From contig NC_135760.1 of the NCBI RefSeq assembly GCF_052425735.1, forward strand, positions 8,990,001-9,054,000: a DNA stretch of 64,000 nt, in the 5' to 3' direction. The position numbers were made by a program, and so were the translations under genes. This DNA is from Oculina patagonica. Taxonomy: Eukaryota. Below, piece by piece: positions 37,701 through 46,835 of this stretch. The notes beneath the pieces were generated by a model. That model worked only from the letters and a program-made list of their open reading frames with translations. It did not search any database and was not told the DNA's origin. Position 1 is the stretch's first letter. The number at the start of each line of letters is the position of its first letter.

Positions 37701-40700
37701 TCGTAAATCATATAAAAGCCTAAAATCCAGTGAGGCAGTTTTAACTTAACTTAATCGCTATCTTTTTTAAAAAAAAATGTTACTCAGAAATATTGTATGA
37801 ATCGGTTGCCCACAGTGTTTCAGTTGTTAGCTTTGACTAAATCCATATGTCAAGAGTTCATATTTAGTTATTTACTCAAGAGCCAGCTTTCGGACAGATT
37901 ATTGTCATATCGCTTATCATGCGTACATGTTTAGGGCTTGTAAATGAACTTTCAGATGGAATCGGGGGCTTGGGTTAATAAAACAACAAACGATGTCAAT
38001 TTGTTTTCTACAACCTGGATGTGTTCGTTAAGGTAAATAGACGCGCATAAGATATTACAAGAATAGTATAGAAAATTTGTATTTTTAATAAAAAAAATGT
38101 CCTTGAGAACGCTTATATTGATTAACTTTCTTTAATCGACTGAGTTAATGCAAAGTGACTTCAACAAGAGCTTTTCAAAATTAACCCTGTCTAAATAAAA
38201 CCCTCCTGCTTGCTCACGCCTAAACTTCAACGTGTTAAAAAGCTGTTTAGCTTTAAACACGGTTTTAAGTTGTTTTTAGTTGCGTGCTGTCGTGTTTAGT
38301 GACATGAACATTTCCATAATGAGCTGATTGCTAGAGAATGCTTCCCGGTGTAAATTTGAATTTGTCACGAGAATTCTGGCTACCACCTGCGCCATTGTGA
38401 ATGCATATTGAATACCATTTTCATTAAAAAGGAGCTTGAATGTGTTTAAATTTAAAATTGCGAAAGGAAATTGATTGACAGTATCTTCCAAGATCTGCCA
38501 TGGCTGAAAATAAGCTTGGGCAAACATCAAATAAATTTATTCAGGGTACTTTCCAGCCCGAAATAACGACTTAAAAAAACGGTTTTTTTTCCTTGTTTTC
38601 CCCTAAAAACTAGCTCCAGAATAACGTTATATTACAAGCACTTGCTAGACTGAAGGCATAGAATATATTAAGTCAATCTTATCTGCAAGGAAAATGCTAG
38701 ATTAATATTAGAAAAGCGACTCCTTATGCTCAAGCAATATCAAGTGCCTCAAAGCAAAAGATGGTTGGAATATATTTCGTCCGTTGAACAAAAAAAAAAA
38801 AGGAAAACTGAGCGAACACTAGCTTTTAAAAATTGATATAAAAAACATCAATTTGTTAAGGCTACGTCGCGACATAAATCGACCACAAGCAAAGAAAACA
38901 AATGATTCTCGCAAGTCACGCCGAAATTTTCATTATTATAAGAATTAATTATTTTTTCAAAAAACCTTCCCGTCTTTTCGGAACCACAGTAGAAATGGAC
39001 AATTTTACACTAAGTTTAAGCGGTCTCTGGCTTGCCTGAATGTTATGGTGATTTTAAAGTGTTTTTTTAAAACGGGAACACGCGCTACTAACGATTCGAC
39101 TAAAAAAGTGTGTTTTTTTGGTTTCGAGTTTCCCCATGCGCTTTTCAAACTAATTGAGTTGCAGCTGCTATATTCCTTAGTGAGACCACATTTTTGTAAC
39201 TCCTTAAATGCTATTGCGGTAAACGAACGTCCCAGCAAGCGCTCATTTAAACCAGTTAACTTTTGACGGAAATGGGAGTTCGTTTGCGCGCTTTTTGCGG
39301 CTTACTGAAAAACAAAAAAAAATCGCATTTCGTTTGTTGTTTCAACTCTTTTAAGAGATTTGTTGTCGCTCATCAACACAAGTGTAAACGAATGGGCTTA
39401 AAATAAAATTCGGAGTCTACTGTGGAACAGTTTACTTTATTATTTTTGTCCGCCTCTTAAGAAACCAGTAAGCCTGAAAGTCTCTATAACCGTTGTTTGT
39501 GAATTTTTTTCAGACGCGGTTTATTTTACTTGATCTTTAAAAAAAAAATACGTATGTATTCTTCTAGCCCTGACAGATGCAAATTAAAATTGACTTCGTA
39601 TATTTAGCTAGCAGTCGAGTCGTCTTCACTGCTATATCTTCCGCTGCTTTTAAAAGCTCAACCCATGGCAGGCTAAGTCTGATAAGTTTCTTAAGGCTCA
39701 CCGCAACATGTGCTTAAATCCCTACGGGTTAAGGCCTTAATGCTAATCGAGGATATTAAAATTATGCAAAATTGAGTGCAAAATTCAACTTCGGCGGAAG
39801 AGAAACATAAATAAACTAAAAATAAAATTAGAGTAGCATGCATGTTCTCTGAAAACAGAAATCTGCACGACCGCGCGGGCGTTCACTGAAAATTTCTTAA
39901 AGCAAAGCTTAAGTTGCGTGGTCAGCTAAATTCACTCGACTCTCTTATTTCGTGATTATCACCTAGCTCTCACGCTAAGCACAGCAAACAAACAGACAGA
40001 CAGATGAATAAACCTGTTGTTTTTCACACAATGTTACAAAGAGCAAAATTTGAACAAAAAAAGACTTTTACTTACTCTAGATTTGAAGTCGGCGCTGGCA
40101 GATCTCCTATGGCTGTAAGAGTCAGGGTGGACCAGTAAAATGACTGGAGATATTGCTGATAGAGAGAGCCGTTTCCCTGATAAACCCATTCATTAGTTCC
40201 GAATCCCTCCGCTCTAGATATCATGTAATAAAAAGCAGCGTTCCAGTGTATAAGAAGAAACATTAGATGCATTAGAAAGAACACGCGTAAGAAAGTCGGA
40301 TAGTTTGCCTGTGACTCCATAACTGCTTTGATACGAAAGCTCTTGTAACCTTTCACAATACGGTTGACTCTTAGTAGCGGAAGCGGTCCAAAAGCGGCGT
40401 ACAAAATATCCGTTGGAATCAAAGACACCACGTCTGCAATAAACTCAACAGATCGTATATACCGCATGTATACTCGTTTCGTATCTGTTACTAGGATTCC
40501 TTCCTCTAGAAAGCCGGTGCGCGCGGCGATCACGATGTCCAATGCATAGATTGCATCGCAAAAATAGTCGAAGAGAAACCATACTATCTTCAGAAAGCCA
40601 CTCTGGGCTTCGGGGAAAGCTATCCTCGTGATTAATGCCCACAAGTTATAGCGAATGGCGAAAACAAGGACATAAAACCACACACAAATGGGCAGTCCAT

Positions 40701-41232
40701 CTGGATCTAAAATAAATTTCTTGTCCTTCCAGCGAATAGCCTGGTCGTATTCGTAGACGGAGCCACTTGCCAACTCACTGTCAATTTCTTTGTCGATTTC
40801 TACAGGAACACGCGGTCCGTCGACGGAGCTTGCCTTTGACAGCACATTATCTGTAGAAGAACTTTTACTCGAAACTTTAGATCTCTTTCGATTTGGAGGA
40901 GTAGCTTTTCGATTATCCCGCGTGCTAAACTTTTGAAGAAACGGGTCTACAGTAACGGATGATTTCACTGTTGAACGTTTCCGCGAGCGAGACGGCTTCA
41001 CGGAGTTTTTCACCAGCACCGCATTACGGATTTGTTTTGTTACGGTCCTCCATTTTCCCAAAGATTCTACGCTATCGCTATCCTTTAAATTGCTTTGTTT
41101 GTGTTTTATTTTATCCTGTGTTAGTGTATTGTTGCTACTGCTATCTTCACCTTGCCGAGGTTTTCTCGTGATAATATCCGCGTCATCGTCGTCTGAATCT
41201 TCGTTGTTCTCGAACCTCACAGATTTTTCCAT
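25740..41232 (-). CDS. Cyclic nucleotide-gated cation channel subunit (CNGA/CNG-like)
   Basis: Exons 41232-40076, 32279-32221, 32027-31966, 31704-31616, 30803-30698, 30079-29925, 29833-29747 (GC donor), 29124-29028, 28484-28023, 27491-27396, 27225-27127 join in frame. The final exon(s) are uncertain (25832-25740 and/or about 26462-26410). Motifs: S4 PLLRVNRIVK, pore FYWSTLTLTAIGDLPAP, S6 GVFMFATIVGN, C-linker, CNBD FTPGDLVCRKGEVAREMY...FFGEIGILS...NRRTADVRTVGY, C-terminal coiled coil. Confidence 0.9.
26624..26915 (+). mobile_element. tRNA-containing retroposon-like repeat with terminal direct redundancy
   Basis: Internal tRNA-like block about 26788-26864 (A box TAGCTCAGTTGG, B box GGTTCGATTCC). 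TTGCTCGT(A/G)TCATGTTGAATACTTCATCTTCAT occurs at both ends. A near-identical copy lies at 63710-63945 (-). Confidence 0.75.
26938..27042. mobile_element. Tc1/mariner MITE
   Basis: TA-CAGTCAACTCTCT ... AGAGAGTTGACTG-TA. Confidence 0.85.
28651..28958. mobile_element. Foldback MITE with long TIRs
   Basis: CATTCTCGTCTCCAGAGCCGCTTGTCCCTCTTAGCCG / CGGCTAAGAGGGACAAGCAGCCCTGGGGACGAGAATG, with inverted similarity over more than 130 bp. Short relatives at about 25915-26010 and 7020-7112. Confidence 0.8.
31063..31385. repeat. (CAGT)n microsatellite containing an assembly gap (N 31097-31239)
   Basis: Read directly. Confidence 0.95.
31740..32709. repeat. Two copies (about 31740-31940 and 32450-32709) of an abundant dispersed MITE-like repeat ending AAAACTGCTCTA
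   Basis: Shared GATTGGTT(C/T)ACT...GTGATT...CAGAGTGA...ACTTTGG...AAAACTGCTCTA. Further copies at about 49970-50233, 53618-53903 (-) and 58310-58540 (-). Confidence 0.7.
32713..32767 (+). repeat. 5' LTR (55 bp)
   Basis: TGTTGTGTTATAACCTAGGGGACTGGGGAGGAGCACATGGTCTAGCTATCCAACA, identical to 37239-37293. Confidence 0.95.
32768..32778 (+). promoter_or_regulatory. Primer-binding site complementary to the tRNA-Ser 3' end
   Basis: TGGCGTAGTCG directly follows the LTR and is complementary to ...CGACUACGCCA of eukaryotic tRNA-Ser. Confidence 0.8.
32892..37136 (+). CDS. Gag-Pol polyprotein, 1414 aa, single ORF
   Basis: Two zinc knuckles (CKFCMRFHVFRKELC, CKACNTKGHWAKSLMC), protease VDPGA, RT (RICIDFTRLN, FDARHGYWQ, IVDDILI), RNase H (TDAS, ELEAL, TDHQP), integrase HHCC and DDE (VDLF, SDGGSQF, SNGKAE). 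Confidence 0.97.
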   Translation: MPPKPIPKPSEGASASPTTTSGPNLQFISSEIARVPKLDIATSTPDGFQIWKQRWNSAVTITAFSDLPRETQQALFTNVLSDDTVKRMNILGLQDVNAIIESFQTQVCGSTSIFVHEYEFHNRSQGTNESFEEFYIDLQSLLNKCQYEDCCKTETRMSCKERVLLARLVAGIRSNEVRKSLLCIKDLTLEKAVQHVQVDEATSFQANQFSSQINKTGASAYRKGKSSNNSDNSNAPPSDMSEDSPRKCKFCMRFHVFRKELCPAKDSICKACNTKGHWAKSLMCPNNSKTGPKRPSEDRKSDAHAAQPGSSGNPSLQLISADGKSQISHTASVKTINLSAIPSVGTHCYADFVIGNHNWIQQCMVDPGANINCVGYDWITRFETPEWNYNLECGSVKAAGGHNLKVEARVLLKISWPPEDPVLSASQWFHIIHGEDGVVLGTPACRALGVIDDQWPLSTLEEKVNPSSSTVKTLQADPAQSLPGSTLQDQLHSDANNFESLPPPPDDDLLSHLNWMHHAADDVQVNVIGTSSEPTIAESSEDSDFSSLLHDYEDIFDETFLPAMSGEPFKINLKPNATPYAQLKARKVPIPYLEQLKKQLQEMEQLGVISPCEEPSPWCHPIVIAPKKGTDELRICIDFTRLNKFIQREYHLSNSPFEAVTSIPQEELAYFCKFDARHGYWQVPLHAESRPLTCFITPFGRFVCNRAAFGINSISEWYNRRMDKVVAGLEGVRKIVDDILIYAPSLSILKMRTCAFLDHCRQHGVTLKQTKSQLAVTEVEFGGFRLTKTGIQTSPDLLKSIRDFPRPQNLTDLRSWFGLVNQLGNFSKELTAIMAPFRPLLAKDTVFQWLPEHEHAFLEAKSRLSSTPVLTYFAVNQPTILATDASRLKGLGFVLLQLVDDVWKPIQAGSRFLTPAESRYAMIELEALAACWAMKKCNMFVQGLPHFTLLTDHQPFIPILNSKGIADVENPRLQRLMMKMLPYSFTAEWVKGKDHLAADALSRFPVDEPSLDDELCNIHAEAAVKIQFADKSTEDLQLHEVFQAQQTDPQISQVTEYINCGWPKSLEEVATVAKPFWPIRHNLYLVAPTTGRSILVMNGRTVIPSSLQKKMLLVLHEGHQGVDKTRRRARASIYWPGIDREIEDMVKRCHQCLTHLPVNSKEPLEQPPIPTRPWEKLGVDLFSLDGNEYLITTDYFSFFTEVHDLKKNSKAPLVIKELKKTFSRFGTPVEVVSDGGSQFTCKAFEDFSQEWGFQHTVSSPTHAQSNGKAEAAVKNVKKLLKKCGSMNHDEFWKGMLAIRNTPLACGKSPAELLFGRALHDFLPRVPNPKEEFLTPTTRKKILHAKSKEKLYYDKHTKVLPPLELGSRVAIRSRNDTDWSLLGTVIEIRPNRTFAVETDRGSVLIRNRKYLKLTI
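37183..37238 (+). promoter_or_regulatory. Tandem polypurine tracts
   Basis: AAAGAGGGAGGGAGA|TGTTGT at 37183-37203 and GGGGGAGGGAGA|TGTTGT at 37227-37244. Confidence 0.85.
37239..37293 (+). repeat. 3' LTR (55 bp)
   Basis: Identical to the 5' LTR and followed by TSD TATTC. Confidence 0.95.
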
Positions 41233-44200
41233 TATTGCCTTTGAGTTATCCGTTTGGCCGCATCCTGATTCTGCTCGTCCGGTCACCCTTGAATCGAAGT
41301 TCTATAAACAATTTGCTGCGTCAATACCAACTAACACAATAAAAGCCACTCGAGAGAGTTCACAAGCACCTCGTCAAATCAATTATGGGTACAATAATAA
41401 AATTTACATGGTGTTATGAGCAAAATAAGCTCAGTGAACTTAAAAGAACCGACGCTTCACAGCCTGGAACTGAACGATTATATATTTCACTAGCATTGAA
41501 TATGTTATTGTTGTACTATTTTCATTAAACACAGGCTCAAACAACAAGCTCCAATAAACGACAAATGAGCGTATTTGCTAGCCTCTCGGTTCAATTGACA
41601 TCTTATGTCTCTAAGGACCAATCGCGTTCTTTTGTGTCAACTATATATTTATTGAAAGCCCTTTCTTGTTTTTAGCGAGTTTATGGATCTCCGCTGTCAA
41701 ATCACATTACCTTTAAACCAATTCCGTCGTGACAAATCGGTGATAATACGCCGGGGAAGAGCTTTTTTAATGAGATGGAAATGCATTTTGACAATTAATG
41801 TTAAGTGGAACTTCGCGAACGTTTTGAGCAAAACTGAGGGATTAACACCTTGCGAGCTCACTAATCACGTCATTTGCACCAAGCGTTTAATTTATCATAA
41901 TTAATGCGACGATTTTACGACCTGCTCTCGACAACGCACCATAGCAACGCACTAACAGACAATTTTGTCTTTTTATGCATTGCAAGATATGGCCCCATTT
42001 TGAACCAAAACAAAAACAATGAATAACATTAACTTATGAACACAGATGGACCTATATATTAGCCCTGTCAAAATCCTTTGGGCAAAACAACATAACAATG
42101 AATAAAGGACCTGCTAATACTTTCAATGCTCGAATTGGGGACAAAAATATTAAACATAAGTAGTAACCATCTAGAAAAATCTCCACACATTCTCATAGAA
42201 TTTTCAGTCGAGGAAACGTTTTGTAATTTTTTTTTCTTAGCGATCGCCCTTCCATTTCTAAACTCGGATCTTTTCCCTTGGTTGTGCACTTAGATTGTAA
42301 ACCGAGTGTTTAAACTCTGTTTGCATTTTTGTCTCCCGATTGCTGTTTCCATGTAAAAAGAAATAGTTTTGCCTTTGCTGTGATGTAACTAATTTGTCTT
42401 TTTTTCTGCTGTATTGATTTAAATACAATTTGCGAAAACATGGTAAATTGACTTTTGCCATTTTCTATCATAGAATAAGGTGCCGAATTTCGTTTTTATC
42501 AATCATTTTCACGTTCGATGACAATTACAGTTGGACGGTGTCTATTTCGATGCTAATTCTCGCGAAATGCCATATCATTTGTCAATTGTATGATAACTTT
42601 AATAATACACTGTCGGTTTGTCAGAACCTATTACAGATAATCAAAATTTGCGTTGCAAATTTCACACTTTTAACAAGGAGTCTCAATTTTTTAGGCTTAA
42701 CAGTAGAAGGTTTTTAGTATAGCAAAAGTATTTTTTAATTGTTTCGTTTTTTTCATGAAAATTAAAACGACACTAGCAAGAATATAATAAAAAAGTTTCA
42801 GCAATTCTTTGAAAAATAGCGACAAATAAAAAGAATATTATGATAAAATATAATTTGCGGGTTCAAGGTTATAAAATATTATTAATAACGCTCGCAGACT
42901 TTCTTCACTGAAAAGTACTTCAAGACAGTGGAATACAGTTGCATTTTCTGGTAGTTTTCCTCGAATAAAATGCATTTCCACAAAGTCACGATTTGTAAGC
43001 TAGTAACATTTTTAAAAAAAATCTAAATGAATAACAGCGCCTTCCAAATATATTGATGGTCGGAGAGAGAGAGAGAGTTACACCTTTTAATTAAACATTT
43101 TGTTCGCGTCCATGAGTTGATCATACTGGAATGCACCTCGATTTCAGGAATAGGTTTTAGACAAAATTTTCTCCTTTTTGAAAACCTGGGCTTTAAATAA
43201 AACGTTGCAAGCTTGCAGCGAACTTAAATTTTTGTATAATTTTTGCAGACAGCACATTAAAGTCAAGACATTAAAATGAAGACAGAGGAATGATTAAAAC
43301 AATTGTTGGTATACGTGCCATAACTAAAACATGTCAGGCTTGTACCGTGTTGAGACTGAAACCCCAAACCAAACGTATTATTGAAACAAGTCTGTAACCT
43401 TTTTTATACAATCTACATTCACGTTTCGCTTACCTGACTTGCTTCCATCAAAATGAATGTACAGAAAGAACCCTACGAATTAACAAGTTGGAGCTTATCA
43501 GACCGGCTCTAAAGTCACTTATCGACCGGTGACGTCACAGCAGGAATATAACACGTTCCATCCAGTTCATATCTCGTGATGCTACGAATAAGTTATTTTC
43601 TATTTTACATAATTCTTTACTTAGGGTTATATTACTCATAACAACGACAGAAGGAAATATCTAGATTATTTTATAACGTCTAAATACATGGTTTGTCTTC
43701 CACGTCGTGCAATACAACACATATTTCTCCGGAACATACTTCAGAAAAACACTTCAGTAATTTGTATTCATTTATACCTCGACAATTGTAGCGTCTGTTC
43801 GCATTTGTAGAGAAAAACAACCGCCTGTTACAGATGTTTTGAAACGTGCCTTCCTGTCGATACAAAATGACAAATTCGTACGTAAGAGATACTATGATCA
43901 CCAACAAAACTGTTACTCGTAATTTTTGACATCACGAAAGTTTCCAACGGGCCTGAAGACGGTTGAGTGTTCTTGGAAAATTGTCATAAAAAATTACCGA
44001 GAAATGCTCCTTCGTGAAGGGCAAGTAATAATACAAGGTAATTAAAACTGGCTAGACTTCTACTTAGACCCGGACGCGTGTATATATCTTATCTCGTTTC
44101 GTATCAGTTGAACATCAACGCTCGTCGGCCGTTTCTTTGATATGGAGATCGACTTTTTTGTAGTCAAAACGTCCAAAACGTGTGCTCGCTCATACCAGTA

Positions 44201-44719
44201 TTTCCCAACAGCTATATTGTAGGAAACAAAATTTCTGTAAACGGCTCTATTAAATTAAGACTCCGGGGAATATTTTTCAAGACCTTTTTAGAGGAGAGAT
44301 TTAAAATAGAGAGGGAGGGGGGGGGGGGGGTTACTACTGACAGAGGGCGGGGCTTATCTCTAATCATAAATGTGTTTAAAGGGTTTTAAAGTTCCCACTT
44401 TAGTGCTTTAATTAACGTCACTTGCTCTTTATGTTTAACCAATTTGCAACTCGAAAAACAAACATAAAGTTTCATTGTTTGTTAAACGTAAACAGTATCG
44501 CTATCGTAACAACAGATACATTTCCTATGTACAAAACGGCAGAGTTGTTTAAGGTGTAAAACTTCTGTTTCTACGGATCATTGCACGTCATTCCGCATGC
44601 AGAGAGACCGAGCCGCTGGCGAGAATTCTCTTTAGTTATTCTGATCTTTATCAGAGTATGAAGGCTACCGACTTCAGCCAACGCATACGCTGTAGTCAAA
44701 ATATGGAGGGGACAGGGGG

Positions 44720-44915
44720 GCGGGAGAATAAGGGCCGGGAAGGGTACGGGAAGGGGCGCGGGAGAATAGGGGCCGGGAAGGGTACGGGATGCGGGAGAAT
44801 AGGGGCCGGGAAGGGTACGGGATGCGGGAGAATAGGGGCCGGGAAGGGTACATGATGCGGGGGAATAGGGGACGGGAAGGGTTTAGGATGCGGGAGAAGA
44901 GAGGGTGGGAAGGGG
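44720..44915. repeat. 33-bp G-rich minisatellite, about 6 copies
   Basis: Unit GCGGGAGAATAGGGGCCGGGAAGGGTACGGGAT starting at 44720, 44758, 44791, 44824, 44857, 44890. Confidence 0.9.
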
Positions 44916-44999
44916 TTTTTCTGGGGGGGGGGGAGGGGGAAAAATAAAAAAAAAATTTGCAAATTTTGGTAAAATAAAATAAATTAAATTTTTTGTTAA

Positions 45000-45215
45000 A
45001 TTGCAATTGCATTTTTTAGCCTGAAAACATTTTAAGGCTACAACGGGATTTGAACCCATGACCTCGGGCGCGATACCGGTGCGTTGCTCTACCAACAAAG
45101 CTATGAAGACTTGATACGTTGGGAACAACTTAATTGTGGGTCCTAATGTCCCGCATGTGGAGTAGATGACAAAGTGAATATATGAAAGACATAGATGTGA
45201 ACTGAGGGGTAAATA
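45000..45215 (-). mobile_element. tRNA-containing repeat related to the 26624 family
   Basis: Minus strand reads ATAGCTTTGTTGGTAGAGCAACGCACCGGTATCGCG...GAGGTCATGGGTTCAAATCCCGTTG, with the same CCGGTAT loop. Confidence 0.6.
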
Positions 45216-45578
45216 AATAAATAAATTTAGTGAAATGTTATAGCAAAATAAAATAGCAAAAAAGGGCAGGGATCACAAAGGAAGGGGAAGCGGAAAATAC
45301 AGACCCCCAGTGGTTAAAAGTTTAGTTATGATCCAAATTGTAGTTCTATGTTGTATAGCACACTACCAATAGTTACCAGACCACAAACAATGTGTTTTGT
45401 GTGAACATTTATTCTGTAGAACTTCCTTTTTTTTACAATTTGAAAAATTTATTTTATACTAAGCTAAATTTTTACCTACGATTCCCGCGGCTTAGTGTAG
45501 TTATTTATTGTCAAGAGAATTCCCTGACTGGAAAGCACGATTGTTAAGTGTGAGTAGATACGGTGCAGTTTGAACTTA

Positions 45579-46082
45579 TAGACCCTTCCACAATATTTTT
45601 TAAACCTTTGATATTTGCCATGTAGCGAAAATCTGACGATACTAAGGGCATCTCAAAAACAGTAAGCTAGCCAAGTTTGCGAGTCCTTTGTTGTAAAATC
45701 GCAAAGTTATAGCTTTCCAAAGTCGGGAAATTTTATACCTTTTTTGCTCGTGGCAAGTATGCGCCCCAACATACAAACGCCTGCAAAATTCCCCGACTTT
45801 GTAAAACCATTACCGGGTTCGACCCTCCACTCAGGACACAGACAGGACAGATGACCCCAGACAAACACGTCGTCGAGTGGACTGAGACAGAGCTAGAGAG
45901 GCAGCGAAAGGCACAAATCCGACTCCAGGCCAGGACCCGACGAACCCGCCATTAGATTTCGTATCTTACAAGATAATGGACTCTCAAACTTCGCCATTTT
46001 AAGGTGTTCTTTCCAGCAGTATCGATAGATCGCTACTTGGTCAGTATCTAAAATTGAAAAAAGAATACCGCGAAAGGGTCTA
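45579..46082. mobile_element. Non-autonomous TIR element (TAGACCC ends)
   Basis: TAGACCCTT ... AAGGGTCTA termini; internal AAAGTCGGGAAATTTT / AAAATTCCCCGACTTT inverted pair. Confidence 0.55.
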
Positions 46083-46835
46083 TTAAAAGATTTATGTCAC
46101 GATATTTTGAGTTTGTTACGAGAAATACAAAATAGTGTCGACTTTGAGGAGGCGTAGAAACGAGAAGGATCCTGAAAAAGAGTTCTTAGAATTAAACCAT
46201 TTAAAGGCGTAGCATTGAGCATTCGAAAAAGTTTGTGATTGACTTTGACATCTTTTTGACAGCTTTCTGATGGGTTCCGTACTTTTTGACCAATCAGAGT
46301 CCAATAAGTATGGGGGCGGAGTCGATCATATGTCGCAGGCGGGAAACCTACGTCCGCCTCACTCGTACACTTAATAGAAGATTTTCTATTGGTCAAATCT
46401 ATATAACAATGATAAAAAATACTTTATCGAAAGGCGCGCATCGCTGTAAGTCGACCCCGTGTAGAGCATCTCGAAACTGGTTAGAAAGTGAGCGAAAGGC
46501 TGTCAAAAATCAGATGAAATATAGATTGTCCTAAACTGATCGGGGTGAACACAGGTTCCAAAATGGAGACGTATGCGTGGGATTATAACGTCGACTAAAT
46601 TTCAAAATCTTAAAATTTCGTACCTTTTCATCGAAATACGCTGAATCTTTCACGAGACTAACCAATTGTTAACAGATGACCGATTTTCTATTAAATTTTG
46701 ATTAGTTTCCAGACGCGATTTGCGTTTCTTAGGTCGAGCATGCGCATGCTATGACATTTCCCCTTTAAACTTAAACGCTCCTTGGCAACATAATGTTCCT
46801 TCACCTTTAGCAACATTTCTAACGCTGACAAGGTA

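Noticed and set aside
41233-41286. Upstream GTG start of the 404-aa CNG ORF
   Set aside because: GTG initiation is a track artefact for a eukaryote. The first ATG is at 41232, although an unseen upstream exon cannot be excluded.
37300-44300. Long AT-rich stretches flanking CNG exon 1
   Set aside because: No ORF with recognisable motifs, no repeats and no RNA structure that I could support. They may be regulatory, but the sequence alone gives no evidence.
44658-45012. Pro-rich and Gly/Arg-rich repetitive ORFs
   Set aside because: They are translations of the 33-bp minisatellite, with no splice or homology support.
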